This document shows, one piece after another, positions 33,971 to 44,593 of a stretch of DNA of 44,593 nucleotides. The notes below the pieces were generated by a model, which saw nothing but the letters and a program-made list of their open reading frames with translations, had not been told where the DNA came from and searched no databases. Both the position numbers and the translations under genes were made by a program. The stretch's first letter is position 1; every line of letters starts with the position of its first letter. Source of the DNA: Rotaria sp. (taxonomy: Eukaryota); contig CAJNOF010000027.1 in NCBI GenBank assembly GCA_905250055.1, forward strand, positions 844,618 through 889,210. Reading direction: 5' to 3'.

Positions 33971-36744
33971 CAGTCGTCATAATCAAGAACATGCATAAAC
34001 AGACAACATACTGTTTTACTTTCTTCATAGAAAAACGTGCTTCTGATATGTCATATTAGTTTTTCTGATTGTGTTACGGATGTAGTTCGATTATGGTCTT
34101 GTCCTTTCATAGATTGTTTGAATATTAAACAAAGAATAAAAATCACGAAATATATTTTAAATGAACTACTCATTATGAAGACGGCGACTGCCTGTATTAT
34201 TCACTTAACGGTTGATTCAACTAAAATCGAATTTTCTGGAAAAAGTCCAAATTAAAGTAATTTTACCTGTAAAAGTAGGATTTCTATGACAGCTCATTGG
34301 AAGATATTTTTAGCCTACAGATGGAATCTTTATTATCATGTATGAATTAGACATATCTATATTGGTTCGAATAATACTGTATGTCTCTCGTAGTGAAAAT
34401 TTACGAGATCCCTACAATAGATTCCTGAGTTTCTTGTAGTCGTTCAATCATGTACAACATACTAGAAGAGAAGTGCTATATAATATGAGAATAAAATTAT
34501 GAGCATCTCTTGAGAATTCAGAATGAAATGAACTTTACATTTTTATTGCGCAAATATCATTCTTATAGCTTATTTGTTCTGATTTTTGTTTCTTTTCAAT
34601 TAAGCGACGTCACACAATACTTATCTTATATCCCAAGAATAGTTTTTAAAATGTAACAGAGTCAAAAATCTCGTCTTATTATAATTGATTTTTAATGTTC
34701 TCTCGTTATCAGCTTTCAGAAAACATTTAATGTGAAAAATTTTAATGATTTTCACATTCGTCGATACTATTAAACTTGACTCATTGTCTTGTAGATGGAT
34801 ATCTCAAGAAGGTAATGCAGAGATTGACAAGTTCAAAGTTTTAGAATAGGTGAAAAATCCAATATAAGCCGAAATAAAGAAGTTTTCAGATTCGACATAG
34901 ATATATTTGTGTGTTATAGGATTTTAGCCAAGATACTTTCCACTACACATGCTCTCTTTTGAAGCAAAAATAAATCAAAAGAATGAGCTCTTAGAAAAGT
35001 AGTATAAATTTTATGTGAAACTCAATTCAAGATCGAATTCGAAGAAAGCTCAGAAAACTTTTGCTTTGCGAACTTTATTCAATAATATTTGGTTTTTATT
35101 ACTTACAAGAGGTTCAGCATAAAAAAGTTGAGAAAACGTACTGAGCAGCTAGTTTTTGAATTGATTCATTGACTTCTATCCAATAAAAAAGTGTCAATTT
35201 TAAACTGATTGATAGATTTAGGATTCTGCTCAAATACTTTGAATAGCATGTGTATTTAATATTGTTAAGTTATGTGAATGTTCAATAAAGGATGAGACTT
35301 TGTTTCTTGAGAGGTCAATAGAGTGTTCTAAGATATGTTTACGTGATCTTTCAATGTGACTGTACGATGCCCACGGTGAAACACTTGTGTTAATGAAGAT
35401 ATGTTGAGGAAACACGAATTGAAACTGAAATTAAATCGGGCTTTGCATGATATCAAGTTTTGAATCAATTTGAATTAATTTTCTTTGTTGTTGATGTTTT
35501 TGTAACGAATGAAGGTTTTCTTCTTCCTTAACACACGCGATTCTTTATGATTTTTCTCGAACAACATCAAGAAAGTAATCTAGTTAACTCAGACGGAACG
35601 ACTGTAGTATCTGTTGGCTCACAAAAACAATTAGCAGAGCAATTAGATAAGTTAAAAAAGAAGAAGAAAAATAATGAAAACGGATCCAGAATCTTTGACT
35701 GATATTCAAAATCAACGAGAAACCTTAGAATTTTAAAATGTCAATCTTCATCGCATGTCTAATTCAGAAGTTTGAGTGCAATTATTATATCTAGTAAAAG
35801 GATGTTCTATATGGAAGAAATCACGAGTAAGAGGTTATATCAGTATTGAAAGAATAGTAGTGCTAAGTAAACAATGAATGGTTGCTATGAATAAGTATTT
35901 ACATGGTCTGCTGGATAAGCCGTGACTTCCTATGTTTTCAACTGGATACTGTCAAACATCGAGTGATCCTTTAAAAGTCATGAACGGCTGTTTTCCTCCG
36001 ATTATCTGTCTGATGGAACGATAATTATGTAGTAATATACGCTGATTTTTGAAGCTCGTATGTGATTAGCCAGTATATATGACAGCGTAAGCACTGGTAT
36101 ATGACTGTTTCTATACAGCACCCTGTATCGCTAGAGTGTTTGAAAGGCGACATATGCTTTTTTCCAAATAGCTAATAGTTTATAGCTAGAATATTCTTTG
36201 CTATCCAGTTTTAAAAAGTTGGCAAGTTGAAAATTCGGTGTCAAAATTTTGTTTTTTCATTGAAGAAACGATCAAATCTAGATCTACTACTCTCGAAACA
36301 TTGCTTTCCAATAGGGTATAAGGAAAAGTTGTAGTGAACATTTGAAAATAGCATGGTACAGATTATCTATATAAAAAAGTTTCTTCACCTCCTTACCAAT
36401 GTGACGGATGTAAATATTATCTGACTAGAAATATATAGGAAAACTTTGATTTTTGCATTGAACATTTTATGGGATTCGTCTGATTCGAATTATTATTGAT
36501 ATGTTTCGAAATTTATCATCAAAAGGAATTGATTTATATTGTTTATCTCAAAAGTAAATAGTAAGGACAAAAAACACATGAGTATTACGAAACAATTACT
36601 GTAGTATTTTCCGAGAAAAAAAATCAATGAGTATATATTTCTATGTACGACTACATTGAAATCTAAAAAAGTTTAGTATATTTGAAAACCTAAGTCTTCT
36701 CCGACCAACTACCACTTTCAATTGGTCTTCATGGAAAATGCCTG

Positions 36745-39700
36745 CTAATAAGAATTCGACGATTCACCAACGAGATCAACGGCTGTGTTGAACAGATTGA
36801 TCGGACTGTGACCATCCGTGATTAATGTTGATTTGATACCGAGAGCTTGAAGAAGTTTAACCTATGAAGATTATTAGACGAATGATTGAACAAAATATAT
36901 TTGAGGAAAAAATCTACTTGATTATCAGGTCCGCTGGTGGCAATGGCTTGAATCGTTTGACGTCCAATGGCAGTCACATGCTCCTTGAATTCTGCAATTT
37001 CAATGTTAGTCAATCGTTTCTTCGTTTCAACTTCAAGTTCAGATGTTAATTTAGCGTGTGCTAATTCTAGTTCACGTGTTTGCTTCAAGCGATGGAGTTC
37101 AGTATCAGATTCAATCTTCGTTGCTTGAGTTCGAAGAGTAGCTATTAGAAAAAAAATTAGTCTTCAATTGAAGATTACAAAAAACAGCTTCGAACATACT
37201 TTGTTCGACAATGGCGTCGCTATCGATTATCACTGCTTCTGCACGTGACTTAGCTTCCGCGTGCGATTGACCAATTGATTCTACAACAGCCGAACGTGCT
37301 TGAAGCATCAACAATTCTTGACGTTCCTTTTCAGCTAGAACAATAAAAAATAGATTGATAGTCTATTCAATTATATAAGTTAATAGAGACAAGTCGTAGT
37401 CGCATAATAGAATTTTAGACTCATGGCATAGGAAATTGATAGTCTATGAAGAGTGACAATTTAGAATATAATTCAAGTCGAATAATTGGTTTCATTTTAC
37501 TAGAATGTAGAAGAATTATGTAAATTCCACAACTGATTTGTGGATGATACCATATTGATGTTCTTAGCTGAGAAGTATACACACAAAATTTCCTCTTATC
37601 GTGTCCAATTAACGTGTAAATAAAAGAAAACCATTATGTTTCTCATTAGTACACATAAAGAAGAGTAAAAAGCAATAATTAGTCGTCTACCTTCAGCTTC
37701 GTCAGTGATTCTTTGTCGTTCCAGATGACCTTTGGCTTCTTGCTGAATTTGCGAAGCCATATGCCTATAAAAGAACGTGAAAATGATCTTTTTTTTATCT
37801 TACAATTTCTATTACTTGGCTTGAGCTTCTTGTGAGCTAGTCGTTATCTAAAGTAGAATGGCGACACCGTCAGATAAATATTTACCGAAAAAGAATCTAC
37901 CTCAATAGCTAATTGTACACTCTTTTGAAGAGCATCTTGTGTTCTTTGATCGACCGGTTTAACATTTTGGATATCGATTGAAGTGAGAACAAGATTATTT
38001 TGTGCAAATACAAGTCGATTATTAATTCGTTCGTTTTCATCAATGCCAAAGACGGACGTGCGAATAATTTTGGCTGAATTTTTATGAAAATCATCAAATG
38101 AAATACCAGCAACAGCACCTCGAATTTTTGCTGCAACCGTTTTGCAAAAGTCTCCAACAAAATCAGGTACTGAAAAGAGTTTAGCTACATCTTTGCTATT
38201 ATTCTTATCAGCGATCTAAAAAGAGAAGGCGCACTTTTTCTTCTCGCTGATTAAAAAAATATGATTTCTCACTTCGAAATACCAATTGTAGGACAACTGA
38301 AGTGAGAGTCGAGCATGGTCACTCGATTCAATGGTTACTATATCGGTCGAAAATTCTGGTCCAAGCAAAAGACAAATAGCACGAATTCTATTTGGAACCT
38401 TTGGCTTATCACCGGATAGATTAAGAACTGTGAATTGCTCATCAGGACCAAGCATTACAAGTTCAGGCCCGAAAATAATACGAGCTTTTTTAAATTTATA
38501 ATCATAAATTTGTACACATGCATTATGTGGTACACGATAGGTGACCAATCTTGATTTGTCTCGATTTGAAAGTGAAGTAGGTACTGCTGATTGATTTTTA
38601 AAATGACGAACATCAAGTGCAAGTAATTGTTCGACTTCAGTTGGTAATTCTTTTTCCCAGAGTTCTTCATTTTCCGTAAGTAGATAGGTACTGCCTATTA
38701 CTGAGCGAATTTTGCCTGTCTTGACATTACGTACATATATACCTTCGTTGACATCCAAAGGAATAGATCTTCGTTGACGTACAACCTCAGCTTCGACAGT
38801 CGGAATATAATCTCTGGGACCGCGAACCATCCAAAGATCGCCTGGATTGCGTCTTACATTCTGAAGAATTAAGAAACAGTTTTCAAAGAAAGTAAAAAAG
38901 TCTACTAACTTCCTCTTCATTAAATGCTTCGATACATCGGAGAATAAGGCCTTCGTCTTCTTCAAGTACATATACATTTTGAATGCCGTTGGCTAGCTTC
39001 TCACCTGGTTGAAGGAAAAAGGTTGTTTCACCCTAGTTCAAACAGCTGATATTAATGAAATAATATCAATAATAGTAATAACCATACTTTGACAAGTTTC
39101 TTCTTTCCTAGTTGAGGTTTACCGTTCGGGCCGATAGGATCACTAATTACACAATATTGGAGAGAATGAAGTACAGTGACTGGAACAATGCCAACCACCT
39201 ATTAATTGTTTTTCTATGTTATTTTATGTGATAGAAGACAAATAAAAAGAGAAAAACCTCTTCATAAACTTCAGGTATATATGTTTCAGCATCACTAGCA
39301 TATACCAACCATTCTTCACCGTGAAGACGTTTGTGTTTGAATATATCGACAAATGTTCGTAAAGCACGAACGTGAAGAGCTTTCTACAAGTGCAATTATA
39401 ATGAATCACCATAAATAGCATTTATTTCATTGATATATACTTTGTCAGTTAACACGTAGGCCTTGACTATTGAAATAACTTCTTCGTAAGCCGATGGTAA
39501 ATAAGAGCCAACTATTCGAATTAGCCATTCTTCTCCTGCTTCCCGCTCAATACCATTTCGGTCAATCATTTTCTTTTTAGCACGCAAACGAATTGCTTCA
39601 TTTGATTTCAAAATATTAGCTTGAATTTCTTTATCAATATGAACTTCTTTGCGTGGGAAATAGGTTCCTGAAAAAAAATGGATATGAAAATCAAAGCTTA

Positions 39701-40334
39701 AATCCTCTTGAGTCTGCTTTATATGTCAGCGTTACAATAGTGCATGGTTTTTAATTTCTAGGCTAACAGTATCGTATCGTACCTGGTCCTTGAAAGAGAA
39801 ATTCTTCACCAACTTGAATCTCTTGACCGTTCTCATCCACAAAATCAAGTACAGCACGTAGACGAAGAGCTCTATTAGGCTCGATCACTTGAAGCGGACG
39901 AACAGCTTCTTTGAGCACTTCACCAGGATAGAGTGGAAATGGCTCTTGAGCAAATCGAATTTCAATATCCGAATGGAGCAATTTAACTTGACCATTCGTA
40001 TCCGAAACAATTTTGCCGTCATTATCGCGTAGAACTGGGTTTTCAATAACACAATAGTGACGGGAACTATTAAACTGACGCAAATGAAACAATCAATAGA
40101 GATATGAGAATTACATACGGAATAATTAACATGCGTTCTGGCCCAATCAGAACTTTCTCATGATCTTGTTTAACAAGAATCTTTGGACCTATTTCAAGAC
40201 GAGTTACATTTGTATTTTGATCGAGTACATGGACATAGTAGAATGGTAAAATTCGGTAAACTAGATAGAAATATAATCATAAATACAGTTGCGAAGAACA
40301 AATGCTCACCGCCAGTGACTTCCGAACCAATCAT
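36745..40334 (-). CDS. MVP: major vault protein paralog 2 (MVP-2), about 14 coding exons on the minus strand: about 40310-40334, 40119-40260, 39783-40066, 39441-39667, 39258-39383, 39088-39198, 38910-39032, 38273-38860, 37901-38215, 37816-37847 (32-nt micro-exon), 37691-37764, 37200-37334, 36918-37142 and 36745-36861 (about 840 aa)
   Basis: Reverse-complement translation is collinear with MVP-1 and human MVP:
- a tiny first coding exon, ATG ATT GGT TCG GAA GTC ACT GGC G with a GTGAGC donor (MIGSEVTG).
- exon 2: [54 protein letters not shown] donor.
- exon 3: [12 protein letters not shown]...[58 protein letters not shown].
- exon 4: [75 protein letters not shown].
- exon 5: [42 protein letters not shown].
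- exon 6: [37 protein letters not shown].
- exon 7: [41 protein letters not shown].
- exon 8: [73 protein letters not shown]...[91 protein letters not shown].
- exon 9: [57 protein letters not shown]...[17 protein letters not shown].
- micro-exon: [11 protein letters not shown].
- exon 11: [24 protein letters not shown].
- exon 12: [45 protein letters not shown].
- exon 13: [75 protein letters not shown].
- exon 14: [38 protein letters not shown].
It is roughly 65 percent identical to MVP-1 over aligned exons. Introns are 43-60 nt apart from intron 11, which is about 355 nt. Confidence 0.85.
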
Positions 40335-41472
40335 AGTGGGTGCTTCTGGCAGTGAAATTATAATTTATCTATAGGAAGAAATGTGCCAGTAAATATGTAC
40401 ACATAGGCAGAATATATTTTATGTTTATAGACGAGCTGATCAAGAAAACTTAATAAAAAAACTGTTTTGAACCGCTTGTGAACAGGTAAAACAAGCAATT
40501 TCACCCATATCGTATTTTAAAGCTTTGATAAATACTGAAGTATAATAAAAAGCGACTGATGATAGGAGAGACGTAAGAATCCCATTAGATGAATATTACA
40601 CTCAGTTTTTCATACATTGAGAATTTGCCCACGAAACACGGCAACTATGAGTAGTGCTCACTGCATTGTAAATACTCGTGTAAAGTGGTCTGGGTAAAAA
40701 CAACTCGCTTCCACGATGTGTTGTGGGAAAGAAGTAATAACACATAAAACGTGTATGAATCAGAGATGGGTTTTTTTCCTTCCAGATTTGTTCTTCACGT
40801 TCGTTTGAAGAAAAAATTGAAAGAATTGTTGAGACCAATTTTTCACCATTTTGTAATCAAGACTAACACACATGATTGTCTGATAAGGCGAAAACTTTTA
40901 AAAGCTTTTGAAATTGTTTTTGCCCGCGTCTGTAGAAAACCATTTCTTTGATTAGTAAAACTTAAGAGATTTTTTAATTTCAGTGAATTGGCCAGCATAT
41001 TTAATAAGAGCATGTAAGCGATTCGCTTTTTTTCTATTCTCTGCTTTAAGTGCTGAATCTCATTCATAGGCATGTAACAAAACAAATGAAGTGTGAGTTT
41101 GTATGTGGAAATAGGTGTTGTGGGTGTGGGTAAGGGTAAGGGTACTATTTTTAAGAGTGAATATCCACTGATAATGGCACACACCTTTCACTGTACTTTA
41201 CTTGTACTGTAGAGCATTAAATTCTTGCTTTCCCCCTTTCACCCGTTCTGATCAATATTTAATGGGGTAGAGGGCGGGTAGGATAGAACTAGAGTATGTA
41301 GAAATGGGCGGATATGAGGGAGTGCATCGGCAGGTGCTAAAAACTGAGTAGACAAGTGTACAACGACCAGCTATAACCGGGCGTATAAAAACCTAGAGAT
41401 TCAGACTGCATCTATCAGGACGCAGAGTGGAATATATTACTGGAGTCTGTTTTCGTTCTGTTCACACCTCGA

Positions 41473-43975
41473 TCCAAATTAAAAATTACTTTGAAACAAA
41501 GTTCACCCTTCACTCATGAGGCATTCTCGATGCAAATCAATGATTTTCTTTAACACTTCATAGTCCATTCTATGACATACCCCATGACAGTCTATTCAAA
41601 TCAGATTTTTGTCTTTGATGATATGATGGCATACCTATAATCAATAGACTCTTCAATGTGAAAGTGTCCTTCTTTTTAGGAATACACAGGGCTTTTTAAG
41701 GAGCTACAAAATGATGTCAAAATATGTATGAAAATGAGCTGCCTTCGATATTTTTCAAAGTACATGGTGCTGCAACACTGCATAGCAGGCATAATATATG
41801 ACAGCTGTGTCCATAATATCTCTTCTATCAATCATGACACCGGGGCCATTTTTCCAGAATATAGGGACGTTTTCGAGAGTTTGTAAGTGATGCTGAAGTA
41901 TATTTGAAACTTTGTTGCTTTCAAAACAGTTGGCAAGCTTGAATAAAGACTATGATAAACTATAATTTATTGTCTTGTCAGCCTATAATACACAGTTGAC
42001 ATTTATGATCGTGCGACTTATCTTAGTGAATTGAGAAAGCGGAAAGATGAAAAATCAAAGGCATTGAGTGAGTATGGGAGGTATTGAGATTTATTAGGAT
42101 CAGACTCTATTCCTTCAGATCGTAACACTCAAGAGTATATCACTTTCGTTTGTGAACTTTGAGAAGCGACATTTGATGAATGTATATCTCAAGAGAAAAG
42201 TCATAGAGAAATATATACGTATGCTAGCCCAGTGTTTAGGTGCACAGATTTTTGTATTTCTAATGTCCAATATAGGTTCAAACTCAGAAATCCCTTCTGT
42301 TTAGTAGCTATTTGCAGTCGTCGTTGAGAATTATTGTCGAGTTGTTCTAACTTCATGCCGCTTATAGCAGAGAAAACGAATGGCTCCAGTAGATTTGAAC
42401 AAAAATCGAGTTTTGGAGGCTCTCTCAAATACGTAGAACCAGTATGATTCGAACCAGATGAAAGTCGCTGGTAGATCATCAGTATTTCTCTAAAAGTGTT
42501 GTGTCATGATGGATTGTATCCAAATCCCTGAATATTATTAAGGTCTGTAGAAACTGAGAGAAATTTGCTGGGTTGAACGCACTACTATAGTGTAAATGCT
42601 TCTAAGCCACATGTACGAGCCGAAGAATCTAAATCTGCTTCATTGCTGAGACAAACATCTTTCTTTTGCATAAGGCTACTAAAGTTTTATTGGCAAAATA
42701 AATTATGAATTTCATTTTTGTCTCAGTGAACTGTGATTCCTTTTAAAAATAAATTTAGATTCCGCGAAAAAACATTCTTTGAAACTGTTGAAAATCGGAT
42801 CGAAAAGCTCTGATCACAACCAAAGGTAGAACCTGGTTATGCAATTGGTTCTATGAAATACTGCCGTAGATACATGGTAGGAAGGATACATATGTCACAT
42901 GTCACTATATACGAGGATTTCTGTTAAGTCAAACTGAATAGCCATAGTAGCTGTCGGTTTTCTGTGCACTAATTGGATCAAACTCAAGCGATGTCGTCAG
43001 TATCGTGATCGGCGCATTCTCTGATTGGCTAGCAAACGTTCAGGCTCTTTATTCCTTTGAGTCCCGGCGACGTATATATACGTCCGATGATTTGGCTTAG
43101 AACATCAGTGGCATATAAATACGTATGGATAGTGTTATGGAACAAACATGCCACTAGCTTATTCGTTGATTATTTAGAAAAGCGTTTTATCCATTAGTGA
43201 TGAAATAATCCTAGAAATCTATAGTCGCTATAATAATCATACATTCTCTTTCGTTGTTCCAAATACATGTAGTATAAACCCCAAAATACGGATCATACAC
43301 ATCACCTACTATTGGAAGCCCTTTAACAAAGGATCTCTCCTTTTTCTCACTACTTGACATGTTCCTTCGCCGACTACACAAAAATCGCAATCAAAACAGC
43401 TTCAAAGAAAATTCATTCTTTGATCATCTCACAGTTTTTGACATGATACTAGATATGTGTCTTTGCAACAATGCACCTCTATTTATCGTTGATTGTCTTG
43501 AAGACCACCATACAAAAATGGACTAATAATGGATCCTTGACACAGAGATACAATGTCGTTCAAAAAATAAAAAATACATCGTATTTAAAGATTTCTTATA
43601 GAAATCTGGGTTTTCAAAAAAATGTTGGAACGCAAAGGGTTAAACAGTATCAATCCTATGCCATTACAATCTGATTTCACTAAGTATAATCTTTCGAATA
43701 TTCCCAGGGTTGCACATTTTCATACATATTTTATTATCATTTTGTAGCTCCTTAAAAAGCACTGTGTGCCCTAAGAAGAAGGGAACTTTCAAATTGAAGA
43801 GTCTATTGATTATAGGTAACCCATCATATCATCACAGACAAAAATCTGATTTGAATAGACTGTCATGGGGTATGTTATAGAATGGACTATGAAGTGTTAA
43901 AGAAAATCATTGATTTGCATCGAGAATGCTTTATTAGTGAAGAGTGAACTTTTTCCAAAGTGATTTTTAATTAGG
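41473..43975. mobile_element. roughly 2.5-kb element bounded by about 240-bp terminal inverted repeats (41473-41712 and 43722-43975, about 90 percent identical); no transposase ORF, so a probable non-autonomous DNA transposon or large MITE
   Basis: The left repeat ...aaattaaaaattactttgaaacaaagttcacccttcactcatgaggcattctcgatgcaaatcaatgattttctttaacacttcatagtccattctatgacataccccatgacagtctattcaaatcagatttttgtctttgatgatatgatggcatacctataatcaatagactcttcaatgtgaaagtgtccttctttttaggaatacacagggctttttaaggagctacaaaatgat is the reverse complement of the right repeat atcattttgtagctccttaaaaagcactgtgtgccctaagaagaagggaactttcaaattgaagagtctattgattataggtaacccatcatatcatcacagacaaaaatctgatttgaatagactgtcatggggtatgttatagaatggactatgaagtgttaaagaaaatcattgatttgcatcgagaatgctttattagtgaagagtgaactttttccaaagtgatttttaatt. 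The interior has only short ORFs (track ORFs 42201-42479 and 43471-43674 are probably spurious). It contains a GC-richer block around 42960-43110 with an inverted CCAAT motif (gattggct), TATA-like motifs and a perfect 16-bp palindrome gacgtatatatacgtc. Confidence 0.75.
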
Positions 43976-44593
43976 ACCAATATGTAGATAAATTGTCTCT
44001 TGTCCTTTGTAAATCACTTAATTTTCATCCACATCTTTTTCTGCACCTGGTCGTATTTTGTATTAACTTTTATCAACAGACTCTACCGATTCTTAGGAGT
44101 TTGACAATTTATTAGTTATAAGATAAATTCGTCATCTTACGAAGCGTTTTCATGTATTTTTTTTAATCTACAATCGACTTGAAAATTCAAAACAAATTAG
44201 AATGCAAAATCGTACAGCATAGGTGTATTCTTAATCGAAAAAACGCTAACATTGGCGTACTCAATACCGATTAAAAACTGAAAGATTTTCTTAAACATTT
44301 AAATAAAAGTCTTTTCAGATCATTCTGTTGTGTTTAGTTTCTTATTTCTCATGAGTAAAGTTTTCATCATATCCAACACATGAGCTCCAATTTCATTGAG
44401 ATACAAGTCTACTATGGTAAGTGTCTGATGATAGTCAAGACGTGCATGAGTGACAGAAAGAAAGTATAAAGATTACTGTATTTTTATGTAAAGCATCAGC
44501 AAGATGCTCTGCACCTTTATCAGTGATCTGATTAAGTCGAAGATCCAATGTAGTAAGTGTCTGTTTTTTTAAGAAAATTAAAAGAATTCAAAC

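Noticed and set aside
36864-38670. Track ORFs 36864-37049 (+), 37909-38160 (-) and 38455-38670 (-) inside MVP-2
   Set aside because: These are antisense or off-frame ORFs across MVP-2 exons 13, 9 and 8. The true frames are the ones collinear with MVP.
41095-41150. Telomere-like repeat (gtgggtaagggtaagggta)
   Set aside because: It has only about 2.5 units of GGGTAA, degenerate on both sides, which does not match TTAGGG, TTAGG or TTAGGC registers. It is interstitial GT-rich low complexity and mirrors the CA-rich tract at 29560-29700.
40843-41184. 113-aa minus-strand ORF upstream of MVP-2
   Set aside because: It has no conserved motifs and overlaps GT-rich low-complexity sequence. It is probably spurious in promoter or intergenic DNA.
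1-44593. Prokaryotic operon or defence-island interpretation suggested by the six-frame ORF track with TTG/GTG starts
   Set aside because: The coding signal is discontinuous, with canonical GT...AG spliced exons. The products are metazoan (TGF-beta ligand, major vault protein). Intergenic DNA is long and extremely AT-rich with microsatellites and eukaryotic transposons. There are no Shine-Dalgarno-spaced tandem ORFs.
1-44593. CRISPR arrays, tRNA or rRNA genes
   Set aside because: No regularly spaced direct repeats with unique spacers were found. I found no tRNA-like GTTCGANTCC T-arm or cloverleaf candidate and no rRNA-like conserved blocks. The repeats present are inverted (foldback or terminal inverted repeats) or simple (AT)n.

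Overview
This window is eukaryotic (metazoan), AT-rich (about two thirds A+T) nuclear DNA, not a prokaryotic locus. The main content is two divergent major vault protein (MVP) paralogs arranged tail to tail: MVP-1 on the plus strand (30033-33970, 9 exons) and MVP-2 on the minus strand (36745-40334, about 14 exons including a 32-nt micro-exon). Their stop codons lie about 2.8 kb apart. Both genes show clean exon/intron structure with very short GT-AG introns (about 36-71 nt). Each exon aligns collinearly with the vertebrate MVP repeat-domain, shoulder and cap-helix sequence.

Upstream lies a BMP/GDF-like TGF-beta superfamily ligand gene (15332-17688, 4 exons). It has a signal peptide, an RLRR furin site and a six-cysteine knot that lacks the inter-chain cysteine.

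A group of intronless enzyme genes sits between them:
- a soluble-epoxide-hydrolase-like alpha/beta hydrolase (3800-4757, minus). Its single open frame is broken by one in-frame TAG that replaces the conserved Trp of the GHDWGG nucleophile motif.
- a 3-hydroxyacyl-CoA dehydrogenase family protein (18676-19701, minus).
- a carbonyl-reductase-1-like short-chain dehydrogenase (20603-21505, minus).
- a decayed class II (HxHLDH metallo-hydrolase type) cAMP phosphodiesterase-like gene (about 23083-24175, minus). This type is unusual in animals, and the copy appears pseudogenised by frameshifts and stops.

Mobile elements and repeats:
- a Tc1/mariner element (27585-29455) with unusually long, roughly 280-bp terminal inverted repeats and a frameshifted DDE transposase.
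- a foldback element with tandem subrepeats inside intron 4 of MVP-1 (31170-31960), which inflates that intron to about 890 bp.
- a second foldback or MITE-like element (11603-12224).
- a 2.5-kb element bounded by about 240-bp inverted repeats (41473-43975) with no transposase ORF.
- (AT)n microsatellites, a 13-G homopolymer, a roughly 100-bp polypurine tract upstream of the TGF-beta gene, and CA-rich low-complexity DNA.

I found no tRNA, rRNA or CRISPR array. The supplied ORF track uses alternative start codons and treats each exon as a separate ORF, so several listed ORFs are exon fragments or spurious frames.

My position counting can be off by 1-2 nt near homopolymer runs, so treat exon boundaries as approximate (plus or minus 2 nt). 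Organism identity is not determinable from the sequence alone. The compact-intron, AT-rich architecture with possible foreign-type genes would fit a small invertebrate genome (for example rotifer- or flatworm-like), but this is inference.
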